Assembly: GCA_000004695.1 (NCBI GenBank) | Contig: CM000151.3 | Span: forward strand, 7,648,001 to 7,712,000 | Length of the DNA: 64,000 nucleotides | Direction: 5' to 3' | From: Dictyostelium discoideum | Lineage: Eukaryota | Shown here: positions 1 to 14,226 of the stretch, piece after piece | Layout of the letters: every line of letters begins with the position of its first letter | Numbering within the stretch: the stretch's first letter is position 1 | Notes under the pieces: generated by a model | Seen by the model: the letters and a program-made list of their open reading frames with translations, nothing else | Told to the model about the DNA's origin: nothing | The model's database searches: none | Translations under genes and position numbers: made by a program

Positions 1-1208
1 TTTACTTTTTTTTTTTTTTTTAATTGGATTTTAAAAAAAATATCTTTAAATTATTATTAATATTATTAATATTATTACTAATATATTTTTTTTTTTTTTT
101 TTTTTTTTTCATTTTTTTTTTTTTAAAACCTACTTTACTTATTATTTACTTAGATTTCAACAAATTCCAAGTTCTTGATGATATCAATTTTTCAATCATT
201 AGCAAAGTCCTCAGAAAATAAAAAGAAAATAATTCAAAAAATAAATAATGTTGGTTTTGTGTAATTTTGGATTTCATTTGAAATATAATCAACTTTAATA
301 TGTATATAGTCAATTTAATGATTTATTATCCAATTATTCACCAATTGAAAAAAAGTGGCTCACCACAACAGACACTTTAAGCAATCATCTGGGAACATCC
401 AATTTTTTTTTTTTTAAAGATTTTTTTTTTAATCAAATTACCCAATACTTTCACACTCATTTTAATCTTAATATTAAAATTTTTTCATTTCCATTTTTTA
501 AAATTATTTTAATTATTTTTTTTAATTTTTTTTTTTTTTAATTTTTTTTTTTTTTTTTTTTGTAATTTGACCAACCAATCATATTCAACCATCGATTATA
601 AATCTCTTCTTCTATTTTTTTTTTTTTTTTTTTTTTTTCTTTCACCTATATAAATATCTCAAAATGTTTCACGATCATCATTAATTTCATTATTTGAATT
701 GCAATGATTTTATCTTCTTTTTATAATTTTTTTTTTTTGAAATCTTTTTTCAGAATTTGTTTCATTTTATTATTACCCAATAAAATAAATCAAATCCCAA
801 CCCCACTTTATTTAATAAATCTGTCAATCAAAATTTAATTAATGATGATTATTTGAAAAAAAAAAAAAAAAAAAAAACAATCACAGAAAAAAGTGTTTTT
901 ATTTTTTTTATTTTTTAAATATTTTTGTATTCTTTTCTCATAACTGACCAGAAATTTTTTTATTTATTTTTCTTTTTTTTTTTATTTCTTTTTTTTTCTT
1001 ATTTTATTTTTTCTTTTGTCCTTTTTTTTTATTTTTTTTATTTTTTTATTTTTTTATATTTTTCTATTTTTTTTATTATTTTTTTTTACTTGAACTGAAA
1101 TTCTAAATTAAGAAATATCTTAAAGATGGTTTGAGTATATTAATTGGGAGGGAAAAAATTGATGTTTTTTATTTTTAAATTTTTTCATTTTTTTCATTTT
1201 TTTTTTTT

Positions 1209-1242
<34 letters not shown>

Positions 1243-1276
1243 TTGTTCAACTATTTCGTAAATAATAAGGCAATCA

Positions 1277-2932
1277 ATGTATGACCTAAACACCAATAAA
1301 TATGGGTTTGGTACACCATCCCAGCAATCACAACCACAACAATTACAACAACAACAATTGCAACAACAACAATTACTACAACAATCACAATTATTACAAC
1401 CACAATATTTTGAAAAACAACAAATTGCAGATTACATTGACAAAACATTTGAAAAGAAGATAAAAGAATGGAAAACATGGACATTTTCATCAGTTTTCAT
1501 AATATTCTTACCACTATTATTATTTCAAATGTTATTTTTATCATTTATGTTTTCACCATCACCAAAGTCAACATCAACATCAATGATTTCAGTGATATTA
1601 AGAACAACTGGTAACCATATATTTGGAATAATATTATATGTTATTGGTCAATTGATATTAGGTGCATCATATCACTCAATTTGTAGTGTTTATAGACAAG
1701 TACCAGCCTCATTCAAAGAGCAATTCACTGTATTATCAATACCACATTTAATATTCATTACTTTAAATACATTAATTCAACCATTATTTTTATATTTCTT
1801 TTTCAGCATACCATTGAACAAATTTTCATTATCTTCAATAATTGAAGTTTGTTATCAAGATTTCTCTGAAACAATTCCAGTGTATGTATTTTTTTATCAT
1901 TATTAAATATATATATATAAATATAAATTAATATTAATTTTAATATTCTTATCATTTTTTTTTTTTATTAAAGAGCAAAATGTGAACTTGAATATAATTT
2001 ATTCTTTTATTTATTTGTTTTATCATGTATTGGATTAGTTTGTTCAGGTTTATTTAGAATTTATTCGAATCAAGAATTTGTTTATTCATTTCCAAAAGCA
2101 AATATACCAACATTCATTCAAATTAAATCTATGCTTTACAATAACTTTTGGATAAGTTTTTACACTTCATTTTATTTATTCTTTTTAGGTTCATTTTTAT
2201 TAGGTATTTTGTTTTTGTAAGTATTATTAATTCATAATTATTATATAAATAAATAAATAAATAAATTAATAAAATTAGATAAAAATTTACTAATATTAAT
2301 AAATTATTTTTAGAATTTTATTTAAAACATTTACAATTCAAATTTTAATATTTTCAATTAAATTATGGTGTTTTACATTTGCAATTATTTTCCAAAATTT
2401 AACAAGAAATAGATTATTTGAAATTTATTTTACACGTGGTCTTAGATTTACATTGGAAACCTTTAATAGTGTTACATTTGATTCTTCAAATAGTCAACAA
2501 CAACAACAACAACAACAACAACCACAACAACAACAACAACAACAACAACAAACATTATTTGATAATAAACCAATCATTGAAAATGGTAGTATCTTCTTAT
2601 TGAAAGCAATCTATAGTTGTGATCCATTAATTCAAGCATTGGGTTGGAAAGATTTCCTTCATCTATCAAAATACTCTCAACCAAGAAGAACTTATCTATA
2701 TAGAGAAATGAGTGAACTTTTAGATCAACCTTCAATTTTAAAAATTATTCGTCAATATGAAGATCAAATTAATGATTTATCTTTAAAATTATCTGTATGT
2801 ATTTATATTATTGATTATTTTAATTACTTTAAATTTTTAACTTTATTTTCATTTAAATTATTTAGTGTCCAAGAGAATATTATGAAAGTTTAAATAGTGG
2901 CAATATTAAAAAAGAAGATGATAAAAATAAAA

Positions 2933-3004
<72 letters not shown>

Positions 3005-3691
3005 GTAATAATAATAATAATTCAATAATTTTTAAAATTGGTAATAATATTGAAAAAATTATAAAGAAAACATTAAATTTTATAAGTGGTGTAAAGTTTG
3101 ATTATAATTTATATGAATGTGAAATTAGACAAGCATTATCAAATACACAATCTATACTATGGTCAATTGAATCAATTGGATCATTAATTGTATCAGCACA
3201 AATAAATGATGATAGAGAAACTATGGAACTTTTGCATAGATATCAAATTCCTCAAAAGTTTTTAATACCATTATTCCAAATTTTAGCATTGATAGATCAA
3301 TTGGAAAAAGATTTATCTCATCAAATCGAATTAGATAAATTCACAATCAATAGAGATTATTACTTTTTAAAATCTTTCTCAAATTTAATTGAACCACCTT
3401 TAAATTGTTTAGGAATTTTAAAAACTTCAAGACCTCATTTTAGAATTTTTAAACTTGGTAAGTTTTTTTTTTTTTTTATTTATTCAATTTTTTAATTATC
3501 TTTTTCACAGTACCTAATTATTACAATTATTATTATTATTATTATTATTATTTCATTATTTAGTTGGTAAAAATATGATTAGTCAAGTACTTGAAACTAT
3601 TGGTCATCAAATATCAGACATTTCGTTCCCTTATGATTTAAGAACAACTTTGAATAGTTACAGAAATGGTGAATTTAGTATTTATCAATAA
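1277..3691 (+). CDS. Uncharacterised multi-pass membrane protein with poly-Q/poly-N tracts. 5 exons: 1277..1881, 1974..2216, 2314..2794, 2866..3467, 3564..3691
   Basis: ORFs 1277-1906, 2453-2893 and 3223-3495 join in frame through short AT-rich GT..AG introns (gtatgt...aaag, gtaagt...tttag). Exon 1 and 2 contain several hydrophobic helices. Stop TAA at 3689-3691. No family recognised. Confidence 0.55.
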
Positions 3692-3927
3692 ATTTTTTTT
3701 TAAAGATTTATAATTAAAATATTTGTTTTTTGGGATCTTATTTTTATTTTCTGTTTTGTTTCATTTATTTTACCAAAGTTTTTTTTTATTAACCCTCAAT
3801 TTCAGGGCTTAATGTTTTTATTGTTTGAAAGCCTTCGATAAATGTTTTATATTATTTTCTTAATATTTTTTTCACAAAAAAATTACAACAAAAATTTTCT
3901 TAAATAACCAAAAATCATATGATTATA

Positions 3928-4000
3928 GCTCGATTAGCTCAGTCGGCAGAGCGTGGTGCTAATAACGCCACGGTCGCAGGTTCGATCCCTGCATCGAGCA
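3928..4000 (+). tRNA. tRNA-Ile (anticodon AAU)
   Basis: Cloverleaf fits. Acceptor gctcgat pairs with atcgagc. D-arm is tagctcagtcggcagagc. Anticodon loop is gtgctAATaacgcca. T-arm is gcaggttcgatccctgc. Matches the canonical eukaryotic tRNA-Ile-AAT. Confidence 0.9.
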
Positions 4001-4031
4001 ATCATCTTTATGGGGAATTGAAACGATCAAA

Positions 4032-4043
4032 GGTTCGATTTCC
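4032..4043 (+). promoter_or_regulatory. External B-box (ggttcgatttcc), about 32 bp downstream of tRNA-Ile
   Basis: Matches the B-box consensus GGTTCGANTCC outside the tRNA body. Dictyostelium tRNA genes frequently carry such an ex-B box. Confidence 0.5.
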
Positions 4044-4506
4044 TTTGGATACACGTTCTTTGGTGCTTCCAAATCTTATCTCCAATTGGCCATCTAATCA
4101 ATTAAAATTTTTTTTGATTATATAATTTAACTTTTTTAACTTTCAATACTAACATATTTCAAAAGTAGATACCTAAAAAATGAAAATAATAATAATAATA
4201 AAAATAATATTAACTCTAAATTTTAACTAGACTATTTTGAAATTGTAAATTAAAATTTACAATTTGAAAATTCAAAATAAAAAAAGGAATAACTTTTTTA
4301 CATTTTGAAATTAAAATTCATAAATAAAACTATTAATTATTGTTATTTCCTTTAATATATAAACTTTGATTAATCAATATTATAAAAAAAATTAAAATTA
4401 ATTGCTGTTTATTTCTTTTAATGGATAAACACTGATTAATCAATATTAATAATAATTAAATAAAATTTTTATAATTAAATAATCAATATTAAATAATAAA
4501 CAAACT

Positions 4507-4572
4507 AACAAACAAACAAACAAACAAACAAACAAACAAACAAACAAACAAACAAACAAACAAACAAACAAA
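4507..4572. repeat. (CAAA)n microsatellite, about 16 units
   Basis: Perfect caaacaaacaaa... run visible in the sequence. Confidence 0.9.
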
Positions 4573-4687
4573 TAAATAAATAATTAATTATTTTAAAAAA
4601 ATTATTTTGAAGTATTAATTAAGAAATTTAAGTTTATTAAGAAATTTTTTTAAAACTTTAAAGTTAATTAAATTTTTTTTTTTTTTT

Positions 4688-5539
4688 TTAATTAATTTCA
4701 ATATTTTTTAAACAATATTCAATTGATTTTGGTAATTGTTTAATCAAGCTATCGATTAATTCAATTTGTGATAGTGCATAATTATAGTGAGCCAATGTTA
4801 TAGTTTCAATCAATTGTGATTGAATTTCATTTAAATAATTTGGATCCAACTTTGATGTTATATTTTTCTGATCATATTGCTTATCTAAAAAGTGAATAAC
4901 ATCTTCAATACCAACCAAACCAACTAAAGATATTAAAACTTGTTTAATTTTTTCATAATATTCTAAATTAATTTCTCCTTGAGCATTAACAGTTTTACCT
5001 TTATTTAAAATTCTTTTAACTTCTAAAATTTGAGAGTCATTTCCTTCTTCTGTTGGGAATAACATTTGAGAGACTCTTTTAAAAATTTTAGCTTTATATA
5101 ATTTATGATTATCAATGGAATCGCTGGGTCTAATATATATTACACAGGTGATTTTATAGGGAAGTTTATTAATTTTTGTGAGTAGCTCTTTTAACAAACT
5201 TATTGAGCCTCCTTCAAATATACAGCCATAACCCTTTTCATTTGGTAAATTTTGGGTGTCATAATTATTCTTTATTTCATTTAAAATGTTTATTAATTTA
5301 TTAACATAAAAAGTTTTTTTTATATTTTCATTCCCTGGTTCTACCAATAAATCGGTTAAGTAAATCCTTTTACTACCAAAATATTCGCTTTCATCGGGTC
5401 TACCAGATGTAATACTTAATTCTGGAAAACATTGAATTCTATCTAAAACTACAACAGGGGCATTATATTTTTTTGAATAATTTATTGACAAGTCTGTTTT
5501 GCCAACTCCAGTAGAACCGATAATTAATAAAATCTTCAT
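4688..5539 (-). CDS. iptA: Adenylate isopentenyltransferase (cytokinin synthase, Agrobacterium ipt/tzs-like), intronless
   Basis: 283-aa ORF. P-loop is GSTGVGKT. The segment PVVVLDRIQCFPELSITSGRP and the motif EGGSISLL align with Agrobacterium Ipt/Tzs ([29 protein letters not shown]). This is the known Dictyostelium iptA type. Confidence 0.88.
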   Translation of the reverse strand: MKILLIIGSTGVGKTDLSINYSKKYNAPVVVLDRIQCFPELSITSGRPDESEYFGSKRIYLTDLLVEPGNENIKKTFYVNKLINILNEIKNNYDTQNLPNEKGYGCIFEGGSISLLKELLTKINKLPYKITCVIYIRPSDSIDNHKLYKAKIFKRVSQMLFPTEEGNDSQILEVKRILNKGKTVNAQGEINLEYYEKIKQVLISLVGLVGIEDVIHFLDKQYDQKNITSKLDPNYLNEIQSQLIETITLAHYNYALSQIELIDSLIKQLPKSIEYCLKNIEIN

Positions 5540-5754
5540 TTTATTTTTTTAAAAAATATATTTTTTTTTATTTTTTTTTTATTTATTTAAAATAAATCTT
5601 TATTATTATTATTATTATTTTTTTTTTTTTTTATTTTTTTTTTAATATTATTTTTTATTTTTTTTTAAGTTGGCCATATAAATGGTTTTGTATGTGTAAA
5701 ATAATATATTTTATTTTTTATTTTTCTTAATCGAAAAATTGAGAGTAATAAATA

Positions 5755-5786
<32 letters not shown>

Positions 5787-6659
5787 TCTTATTTTATAGT
5801 TTTGACTTGTAATTTTTCCAAGTTTTTTTTTTTTTTTTTTTTTTTTTAGAAATAAAATTTAATTTAATTTAACTAAAATGAAATAGATCTCAATTTTTTA
5901 CTAAAAATATAAAAAAAAAATGAAAAAAAAATAAAAAATTAAAAAGAAAAAAAACAAAAAAAAAAGATTAAAATAAAATAAAATTAAAAAATTAAAAATA
6001 AAATAATAAAAAAAAGTCTTTTTTATATTTTGCATTTTAATTTGGCCGTATCAAAACTGCTGTTTTAGTAGTAGCATTAATGGTTTAAACCATTTTTTAA
6101 AAAAAAAATAATATTGAGGGTTAATAAGAGATTTTACCTTTATATAGTATGATCCCCAAAAAAAAAAAAAAAAAAATCTTTCTGCAGATCCTCCTAAAAA
6201 AAAAAATAAAAAAAAAAACAAAAAATACATTTTTAAATGATTTAATTAATTTTAGAAAACATAAAAAAACAAGTCATCCGATATCAAATATCTTTTTAAA
6301 AACTAATGTCAAAAAAAAAAAAACTCATTTTTGTGAGTGTGAGTGTAAAAAATATACATATATACAACTTCCAAATTAAGAAATTAAAAATTATTTTTTA
6401 AACACAAAATATCATATTTAATAAAGAGGCAAAAATGGTTAGAAAACAAATAGTTAACAATTTTGTGTTTATACTTAAATAACTTCTCTTTTTTTTCACT
6501 GGGAAACCTTTTTTGATATTCAGTTATTATATTTTTTAAAAGTCACTATTGTTTTTTATTTTAATAGATAACGAATAAATAACTTAAAATTAACAAGAAA
6601 TAATAAAATAAAATAAAATAAAAAAAATAAAAAAATAAAAAAAAAACTGTGGGTGTTAA

Positions 6660-6835
<176 letters not shown>

Positions 6836-7047
6836 ATTGTTATTGTTATTGTTATTATTTTTTTTTTATTTTTTTTTTTATTTTTTTTTTTTACATCGGT
6901 AGTTACAATTATAATTAGGTAATTGAATAAATATCTTTTTATTTTTATTTATTTTGTTTTATTTTTATTTTTATTTTTAGATTTTTTTATTACTAAAAAA
7001 AAAATAAAAAAATAAAAAAAAACTGAGGGAGATAAGGTCTTGAATGA

Positions 7048-10000
7048 TTAATGTTTCCAAGATGGTTTATCATCTTCGTCGTAATCGTCCTCATCATCGT
7101 CGTCGTCGTCATCATTTGCGTTGTTATTAATGTTGCTTCCGGATTTTAAGATAGTTTCTGTTGGAATTTCTTCATAGTCTTGTTCTTCTTCGTCTTGATT
7201 TTCATTATTATTATTATTATTATTATCGTCATTCATGTTATCAGCAGCATCTTCATCTTGATTATCATAAGCATCTTCATCAAATTCATCATCGCTACTC
7301 TTTTCTTTTATAGTTTGTTTAAATTGAGATTGGAGTTGTTGTTTTTGTTGAAGTTGTTTTGCTAGTATTTGTTGTTGTTGTTGTTGTAGTTTTTGTTGTA
7401 ATTGTGATAGCTGTTGTTGTGGTAGTTGTGGTAGTTGTTGTTTACTGAATTGAGGTAATAGTTGTTTTTCTTTATCTTGAACCCACTGTATATTTAAACT
7501 CTTTCCTTTATAAACTTTGGCAACAACAAACACCCTTTCAGCGGATTGTCTTTTACCAAATTTAATTTGAATTGAATTCTCCTCTTGAATAACTGATTCT
7601 ATATCGGTGAATAATTGTTTCAATAATGACTCATTTTTAAATTCTAAAGGAGGATCAATAATTTGAATTGTAGTGGTTGTATTATCAATTAGTATACTAT
7701 TATTCTTTGGTTTCTTTGCTATTATTGGTTTTTGTGCCACTAATCTTGGTGGTAACTTTTTAAAATTAGGTTTATTTGGTATTATAGGAGTAGTAGTAGT
7801 TGTGGTTGTAGGTATGGAGGTAATAGTAGTAGTAGCTGTTGCAGCAGAGGTTATAGTATTTGGGTCAATACCTAAACTCTTTGCTTCAGATTCTAATTCT
7901 TTTAATGTATTTGATAATTGTTCAATATTACCACTACCAGGTGCACCTTCAATTTCAATAGAGGTAGATGTTGGTGTAGTTGGTGTAGTTGGTGTTGTTG
8001 GTGTAGTTGGTGTAGTTGGCATTGGTGTAGTTGGTGTTGATATATTATTAAGGGTAGTAATTGTTGTTGATGTTGATGGTTGTGGTGTTGATGTTGAAGT
8101 TGAAGTTGATGGTGGTATTAAAACTGTTGATGCTGTTGTTGTTGTTGTTGTTGTTGTTGTTGCTGCTGCTGAAGTAGTAGAATTTAATTGATTTAATTGA
8201 TTTGTAGTTTGTTGATCTTTTTGTAAAGATTCAGTGATTGACTTTGTTAATTGTTTAATTGATTCTTTTATTGCATCTTTTTCTTTTTCATCTTTACAGA
8301 TTGCCAATTTAGTGAGTAATTGCTTTTGAAGATCTAATTGTTGATTTCTTAATTCCTCTCTAGATTTAACGACTAAAACTAGTTCTTTCTTCTTTTCAGA
8401 TTGTTTTTCCAATAGTTTTTTTCTATCCTCTAGCTTCTTTAACAATTGCTGTTCACGAATTTTCATTAAATCTTGATCACGTTTCTCTTTCTCTTCTTTC
8501 TTCTTTTGAATTTGTTCTTGTTTCTCTTGTTGTTCTTCAAATTTAGTTTTCTTTGCAGTTGCATGATCGAATGAATCCTCCCAAAACAATTTAATGAAAC
8601 GATTATTCATTATTGCTTCTGGTGATTTCATAGCTTTCATAGCTTCAGAGTTATTACTAAATTCAATCATAGATTTTGCTGTTGATAATTTCGTTATATT
8701 TGTAATAGTTCCAAACTTTGAGAAATGTTCTCTTATCTCTTCTTCAATATTTTGTTGTAATGGTATGTTGGTAATAACCAATTTTGTTGATTCTGAACTT
8801 GGGCAATTTGATGATGTTTTAATATTATCATATTGTTTATTACCTCTATTATTGTTATTATTGTTATTTTGGAAATCATTAAATTCTTCATCATCTTCAT
8901 TATTATAATTATTGCTGTTATTATTATTATTAATATTATTATTGTTATTATTATTAATATTATTATTGTTATTATTATTATTATTGTTATTATAAATATT
9001 ATTATTGTTATTATTATTATTAATATTAAAATCCATATTATTGAAGTCCATATTATTATTATTGTTGTTATTATTATGATTATTGAAATCCATTTGATTT
9101 TGATTCATTTGACCTATATACATTTGATTTTGATCCATCATTGAGAATGATGGTTGATTATTATTTATGTTATTATTATTATTATTATTGTTATTATTAA
9201 ATGATGAGAAAATCATTTGATTTGGCGATATATTAGCATTGTCGAATGGGAATGGTGGAGAATTATTGTCACTAACATTATTGACTGGTATATTAAAATT
9301 ATTATTGTTATTGTTATTATTATTATCATCATCAAACCTATTGTTAAATTTCCTAAAATTATTATTATTATTATTATCAAAATCATTAAAATTACCACCA
9401 TTATACATATATCCATTATTATTATTATTGTTATTGTTATTGTTCATGTTTTGATTATTGTTATTGATCATATCAATATTATTATTATTATTATTGTTAT
9501 TATTATTATTATTATTTAATAAGCTAAGATCATGTGAGAAATTACAACTATCTCCACGTGTACAAATACCATTCTTTTCAATGTATTTACATATTCTTGT
9601 ACTCTTCGGGAACTTTTTAAAACTATTATTATTATTATTGTTATTAAACTCATCATTTGTCGATCTTCTTTTAAATCTGTTTGCACCACTACCATTTCTA
9701 TATGTGTTGTTACCTGTCATATTATTATTGTTATTATTATTATTATTGTTGTTGTTGTTGTTATTATTATTATTATTATTAAATTCATCAAGTGGTTGGG
9801 GTGAATTTGATCTTGATCTTGATCTTTTTCTTGTATGAGTTGTAAGTGATGATGAGGATGGAGAAATAGATCTTTCTCTTTCTCTTTCTCTCTCTCTCTC
9901 TCTATATCTATTAGAGGAGGAGGAGGAAGAAGAAGAATTGTTATTATAGTCTCTATCATTATGATCTCTTTCTCTACTATTTCTATTTCTATCTCTATCT

Positions 10001-10539
10001 CTATCCCTTTCACGATCTCTTTCTCTTTCACGATCTCTTTCTCTGTCCTTATTTCTATCCCTTTCACGATCTCTTTCTCTTTCACGATCTCTGTCTCTAT
10101 CTCTGTCTCTCTCTCTTTCAAGCCTGTCCCTATCTCTGTCTCTTTCTCTGTCTCTTTCTCTTTCTCTTTCTCTTTCACCTCTATCTCTATCACTTCTATC
10201 TCTATTTTCTCTTTCTCTTTCTCTCTCTCTTTCTCTACTATCTCTATTTGTAATTGTAATATTACTAGGTGATATTATTGGTGAAGTGGTTGATTTTGAG
10301 AAATAATTTGTTGAATTTAATTTTGAAACTAGAGTATTGATGAATGATTTTGTATTTTCATGTAAAAAATCCTCCAAATCTTTAGAGAATGTTTCCTCTA
10401 AATCCTTTCTTGTTTGAAATCCATTTGATAGAAATTCTTTAATGTAATCCGATAAGGATGATGGATCAAATTCACATATTGGATCTAAGGTTTGAATTAA
10501 AAACTTACTAAATTCTGGATCCTCTGTCAATTCTACCAT
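7048..10539 (-). CDS. RBM26/RBM27-like RNA-binding protein (N-terminal PWI-like domain, RD/RE/RS dipeptide tracts, C3H1 zinc finger, RRM, coiled coil, poly-Q)
   Basis: 1163-aa ORF. CCCH finger is [20 protein letters not shown] (C-x8-C-x5-C-x3-H). RRM is [30 protein letters not shown]...MIEFS. Long (RE)n/(RD)n stretch encoded by (TC)n/(GA)n at about 9880-10240. The architecture is typical of RBM26/27. Confidence 0.8.
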   Translation of the reverse strand: MVELTEDPEFSKFLIQTLDPICEFDPSSLSDYIKEFLSNGFQTRKDLEETFSKDLEDFLHENTKSFINTLVSKLNSTNYFSKSTTSPIISPSNITITNRDSRERERERERENRDRSDRDRGERERERERDRERDRDRDRLERERDRDRDRDRERERDRERDRNKDRERDRERERDRERDRDRDRNRNSRERDHNDRDYNNNSSSSSSSSNRYRERERERERERSISPSSSSLTTHTRKRSRSRSNSPQPLDEFNNNNNNNNNNNNNNNNNNNNMTGNNTYRNGSGANRFKRRSTNDEFNNNNNNNSFKKFPKSTRICKYIEKNGICTRGDSCNFSHDLSLLNNNNNNNNNNNNNIDMINNNNQNMNNNNNNNNNNGYMYNGGNFNDFDNNNNNNFRKFNNRFDDDNNNNNNNNNFNIPVNNVSDNNSPPFPFDNANISPNQMIFSSFNNNNNNNNNNINNNQPSFSMMDQNQMYIGQMNQNQMDFNNHNNNNNNNNMDFNNMDFNINNNNNNNNIYNNNNNNNNNNNINNNNNNNINNNNNSNNYNNEDDEEFNDFQNNNNNNNRGNKQYDNIKTSSNCPSSESTKLVITNIPLQQNIEEEIREHFSKFGTITNITKLSTAKSMIEFSNNSEAMKAMKSPEAIMNNRFIKLFWEDSFDHATAKKTKFEEQQEKQEQIQKKKEEKEKRDQDLMKIREQQLLKKLEDRKKLLEKQSEKKKELVLVVKSREELRNQQLDLQKQLLTKLAICKDEKEKDAIKESIKQLTKSITESLQKDQQTTNQLNQLNSTTSAAATTTTTTTTTASTVLIPPSTSTSTSTPQPSTSTTITTLNNISTPTTPMPTTPTTPTTPTTPTTPTSTSIEIEGAPGSGNIEQLSNTLKELESEAKSLGIDPNTITSAATATTTITSIPTTTTTTTPIIPNKPNFKKLPPRLVAQKPIIAKKPKNNSILIDNTTTTIQIIDPPLEFKNESLLKQLFTDIESVIQEENSIQIKFGKRQSAERVFVVAKVYKGKSLNIQWVQDKEKQLLPQFSKQQLPQLPQQQLSQLQQKLQQQQQQILAKQLQQKQQLQSQFKQTIKEKSSDDEFDEDAYDNQDEDAADNMNDDNNNNNNNENQDEEEQDYEEIPTETILKSGSNINNNANDDDDDDDEDDYDEDDKPSWKH

Positions 10540-10736
10540 GCTTTTTTTTTTTTTTTTTATATTTATATTTATAAATATTTTAATAATTAAATATAATATT
10601 AGATATGTATATTATATATATACTAATAAATATACTAATAAATATATATCTATTTGATATTTAAAACAATATAATTTGAGAATTAATTTAATGAACGAAA
10701 AAAAAAATATATAAAAAAAAAAAAATCTTTTTTTTT

Positions 10737-10800
10737 TTAATTTAATTTTTAATTTTTAATTTTTAATTTTTAATTTTTAATTTTTAATTTTTAATTTTCT
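10737..10800. repeat. (TTTTTAA)n heptamer tandem repeat, about 9 units
   Basis: tttttaatttttaattttt... seen directly in the sequence. Confidence 0.85.
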
Positions 10801-10949
10801 TACCTTTTTTACTTTGTATTGGTATTATTAAAGGAAATATTTCCTCTTTTGTAAAAAAAAAAATTTTATAAATATTATATTATTTGTTTAAAAAAAAAAA
10901 AAGTAATGAAAAATAAAAAAAAAAAAAAAAAAAAATTTAAAAATGAAAA

Positions 10950-10983
<34 letters not shown>

Positions 10984-11337
10984 AATTAGGTTGTGGATGA
11001 CATTTCTAAAAAAAAAAATGATTGCCTCTTTTCGTTTATTTTTATTTTTAATTTTTTTTTTTCTTTTAATTGTTTTTTTTATCATTTGTTGTTGAAGTTG
11101 AGGTTGATGTTGTTGAAGTGGTATTTAATGAATTTGATGATGATGAAGATGATGATGATGATAAAATAGTTGTTGTTGTGTTATCATAATTGGTGGTTTT
11201 TGATAAACATTGACCGAGGATAATGATTTTTATAAATATTTTTAAAAGTACAAGACATATATAAATTTGAACCATTAAAAATATACCAAAAATACCTTTT
11301 GATGGAATGAATTTATGAAATACTCTTACAACCTAAA

Positions 11338-11375
<38 letters not shown>

Positions 11376-11397
11376 AGTAAATAAATAAATAATGATG

Positions 11398-13861
11398 GTT
11401 TTATAATATATTATATAAAATGAGAGGAAATTTTACAATTGAAGCTAATGGAAATGGTACAAAACCAATTATATTATTTACACCCCATGAACTTTCAGTG
11501 AAATTTCTATTCCTTGGGTCAACTATTGTATCGGATAAGAGTACAAAGAATTTTGAATACATTTGAGGTGAGAATTTATTGAATTTAGTGATAAAAGCAT
11601 GTTTGATCGCATCAACTAAAACTTCAGAACCCCAAACAGTACCAACCACTGTTAACATATTAATTGCAAAATCCCAAGATAAATCCCAATTTAAATCTGA
11701 AAGGTTTTGAAAAATAATAATTGTAAGGAAAATAAATGCTTGGAATCTCTCTACAATATCACTACATGAAATTTGAAATAAATTCTCCTTTTCAAATCTT
11801 TTAAATACTGATCCTTTTAATTCAACAAATTGATTTGATATCATCAATGTTAACAATGCATTATTATATGAATTAATTGCAACATTTAATGTAATAACCT
11901 GTGAAAATAATACTAATGAATGTAAACCTAAAATAAAATTAAAAAAAAAAAAAAAAAAAAAAAGTATTATTAATATAATAAATATTTATTATATTTAGAA
12001 AAAGAAAAAAAAAAAAAAAAAAAAAAACTTACAAACATATCCTGTTGCAACCAAAAGATGAGTGAATGGACCTAAAATTCTAGTTTCATTCCTTTGTTTT
12101 GGTACTAACCCATCCTGTCTATTTCTATTTGAACTTGTAAGACTGAATGACATCCAATATAGAGAATCAAAAATATCTTGACCAAAACTACAACATAGTT
12201 TATCCAATACCTCCAAGACATTGTATATCACGTATAGTTTAATGACTGCTTGACCTCTAATATAATGATAAAGCATTGATGAATCAATAAAATTTAAAAA
12301 TACAAAACATGTTACCCAAATAAATCCTCTAAATAAATCAAATATTTGATTGGTTGTTAATTTATTTCTATATAAAAAAAAAAAAAAAAAAAAAAAAATA
12401 AGGTTAGTATTATTGTTTAAACTTATTTTTAAAAAAGGAGTAGTATAACTAAAATAAATAATAATACTTTTTAGAAAAAGGTGAAATTAAAAATTTTAAA
12501 AATGATAAAAAGAATCGGATTGGTAAAAATGTAAATAAAAATAAAAATGAATCGAAACAAACCAAAAACCCAAATGAAATTAATTTTTCAAGTTCCCATG
12601 GCACATGAACAAAATTATAAACTTGTTCTCTCTTTAATGTATCATTTGCTTCATTTGATAAATATCCACCATGAATTTCATCATAAAGGTATGTTTTAAA
12701 TGACCATAATGATGTTGATTTCTTTTTTGGTTCAACTTTTATTGATGTTGTTGTTGCTGTTGTTGTTGTTGCTGTTGTTGCTGTTGTTGTTGTTGTTGTA
12801 GTTGTTGCTGCTGCGGTCATTGTTATTGATGATGTGGTGGTATTTCCTGATGAGGATTGTTCAATACCATTGTTTTTATCCTCATTAATATCTGTTAGAT
12901 TATTATTATTTTTGCTGTTGTTGTTGTTATTATTATCATTATTATCATTATTATTACTTTGAGGAGTTGTTTGTATATTTTCAGTACTTTTAACTAACAA
13001 TGGGGTAGAGGGTATTTGAGATTTAGTATTACTTGCTGTTGATGAGGTTGAGTTTATTGGATCATTTATTAAAGTACCCAAATTTGGGAAAGGAATCGGA
13101 GAATTTGATTTTTGAGTTGAAATGGTTCTAGATGCTAATACTGGTGTTTTTTCATATGAAAATGGTTGTTGTGATGATGGTTGTTGTGTTGTTTGAGTTT
13201 GTGGTTGTGGTTGTGGTTGAGTTTGTTGATCAATAATTTTTGGTGTTATAGGTCTAAAAATTGAATTTTGTTGTTGTTGTTGTTGCAGTTGTTGTTGAAT
13301 TTGTTGAATTTGTTGTTGTAATTGTTGTAATTGTTGTTGTTGTAAATATAATTGTTGTTGTTGTTGTTGCTGTTGTTGTAATTGATTTTTATTTAAAAGT
13401 ATATTAATTAATTCTTGATTATCATTGGTACAATTGATATTATTCTCGAGGATACCGTTAATATTTAAAATGTTTTCCTTATTGTTAATTAATTTATTAA
13501 TGATTGGTGGTGAAACTGCAATTGGTGATGTCATAACACAAGTTGAATCAATTACAGAATTTAAATCAAAACTATCCTTTAAATTACCACTACTATTACT
13601 ATTACTATTTGTTATATGATTACCACTACTAACATTATTACTATTATTATTATTATTGTTATTAATAGTATTATTATTATTAATATTAATTGGTATTTTT
13701 GGTGACATTGGAATTATAGATTCATTTTTTACAATATTATCTAATAAATCTTGTTCTTCTTGTGTAATGTTTGGTTTTATTGGTATTAATTGAAGTGGTA
13801 ATAGTTCATTATTATTTGTACTAGTCGGAATTGATTCATAAAGAATGTTTTTATCTTCCAT
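11398..13861 (-). CDS. TAPT1 (transmembrane anterior-posterior transformation 1 / DUF747)-like membrane protein. Exons 13861..12468, 12367..12034, 11927..11398
   Basis: Exon 1 ends ...VPWELEKLISFGFLVCFDSFLFLFTFLPIRF. Exon 2 reads MLYHYIRGQAVIKLYVIYNVLEVLDKLCCSFGQDI. Exon 3 reads TLNVAINSYNNALLTLMISNQFVELKGSVFKRFEKENLF. These align closely with human TAPT1 (RELEKLMFFGIFLCLDAFLYVFTLLPLR / MYHLIRGQSVIKLYIIYNMLEVADRLFSSFGQDI / TLNVAFNSHNKSLLTIMMSNNFVEIKGSVFKKFEKNNLF). Introns are gtatta..tatag and gtaagt..ttttag. The long N-terminal region is low-complexity Q/N/T-rich. Confidence 0.75.
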
Positions 13862-13960
13862 ATTGGAATTCTCTAAAATATTATTAATAATTTTTAAAAC
13901 TATGAGAAGATATAAAAATTATGTGTGTGTGTTTATTATTATGTGTTTTAATATTCAAAG

Positions 13961-13994
<34 letters not shown>

Positions 13995-14226
13995 AAAAAA
14001 AAACAAAAAAAAAAAAAAAATTAAAAAAAAAAGGCAAAAAAATTAAAAAAAAAAAAGGAAAAAAAATCTTTACCCCATTCCCATATTTATATTAATATTT
14101 TATTATTTTATAAAATACTATATTTGCTAAATTTTTTTGAAATCTTGGAAAACCTAAAAAAAAAAAGTTTTTATTTATTTTTGGTTTTTTTATATTATTT
14201 TTTTTTTTTTTGTTTTTTTTTTTTTT

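Noticed and set aside
24-221. 65-aa ORF rich in L/I/F over poly-T/poly-A DNA
   Set aside because: Pure low-complexity translation of homopolymer and AT repeats. No start context. Typical intergenic artefact in this genome.
7180-10272. Many sense and antisense ORFs (7180-7365, 7673-8191, 8594-9144, 9213-9838, 9717-10193, 9961-10272) inside the RBM26-like gene
   Set aside because: They overlap the long 1163-aa ORF and arise from repetitive poly-N, (RE)n and (TC)n coding sequence read in other frames. The conserved CCCH and RRM domains identify the true frame.
11066-11275. 69-aa ORF just downstream of the TAPT1-like gene
   Set aside because: Not in frame with any splice-compatible donor from the last TAPT1 exon, which ends with TAA at 11398. 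Low-complexity S/T-rich content. Probably 3' UTR.
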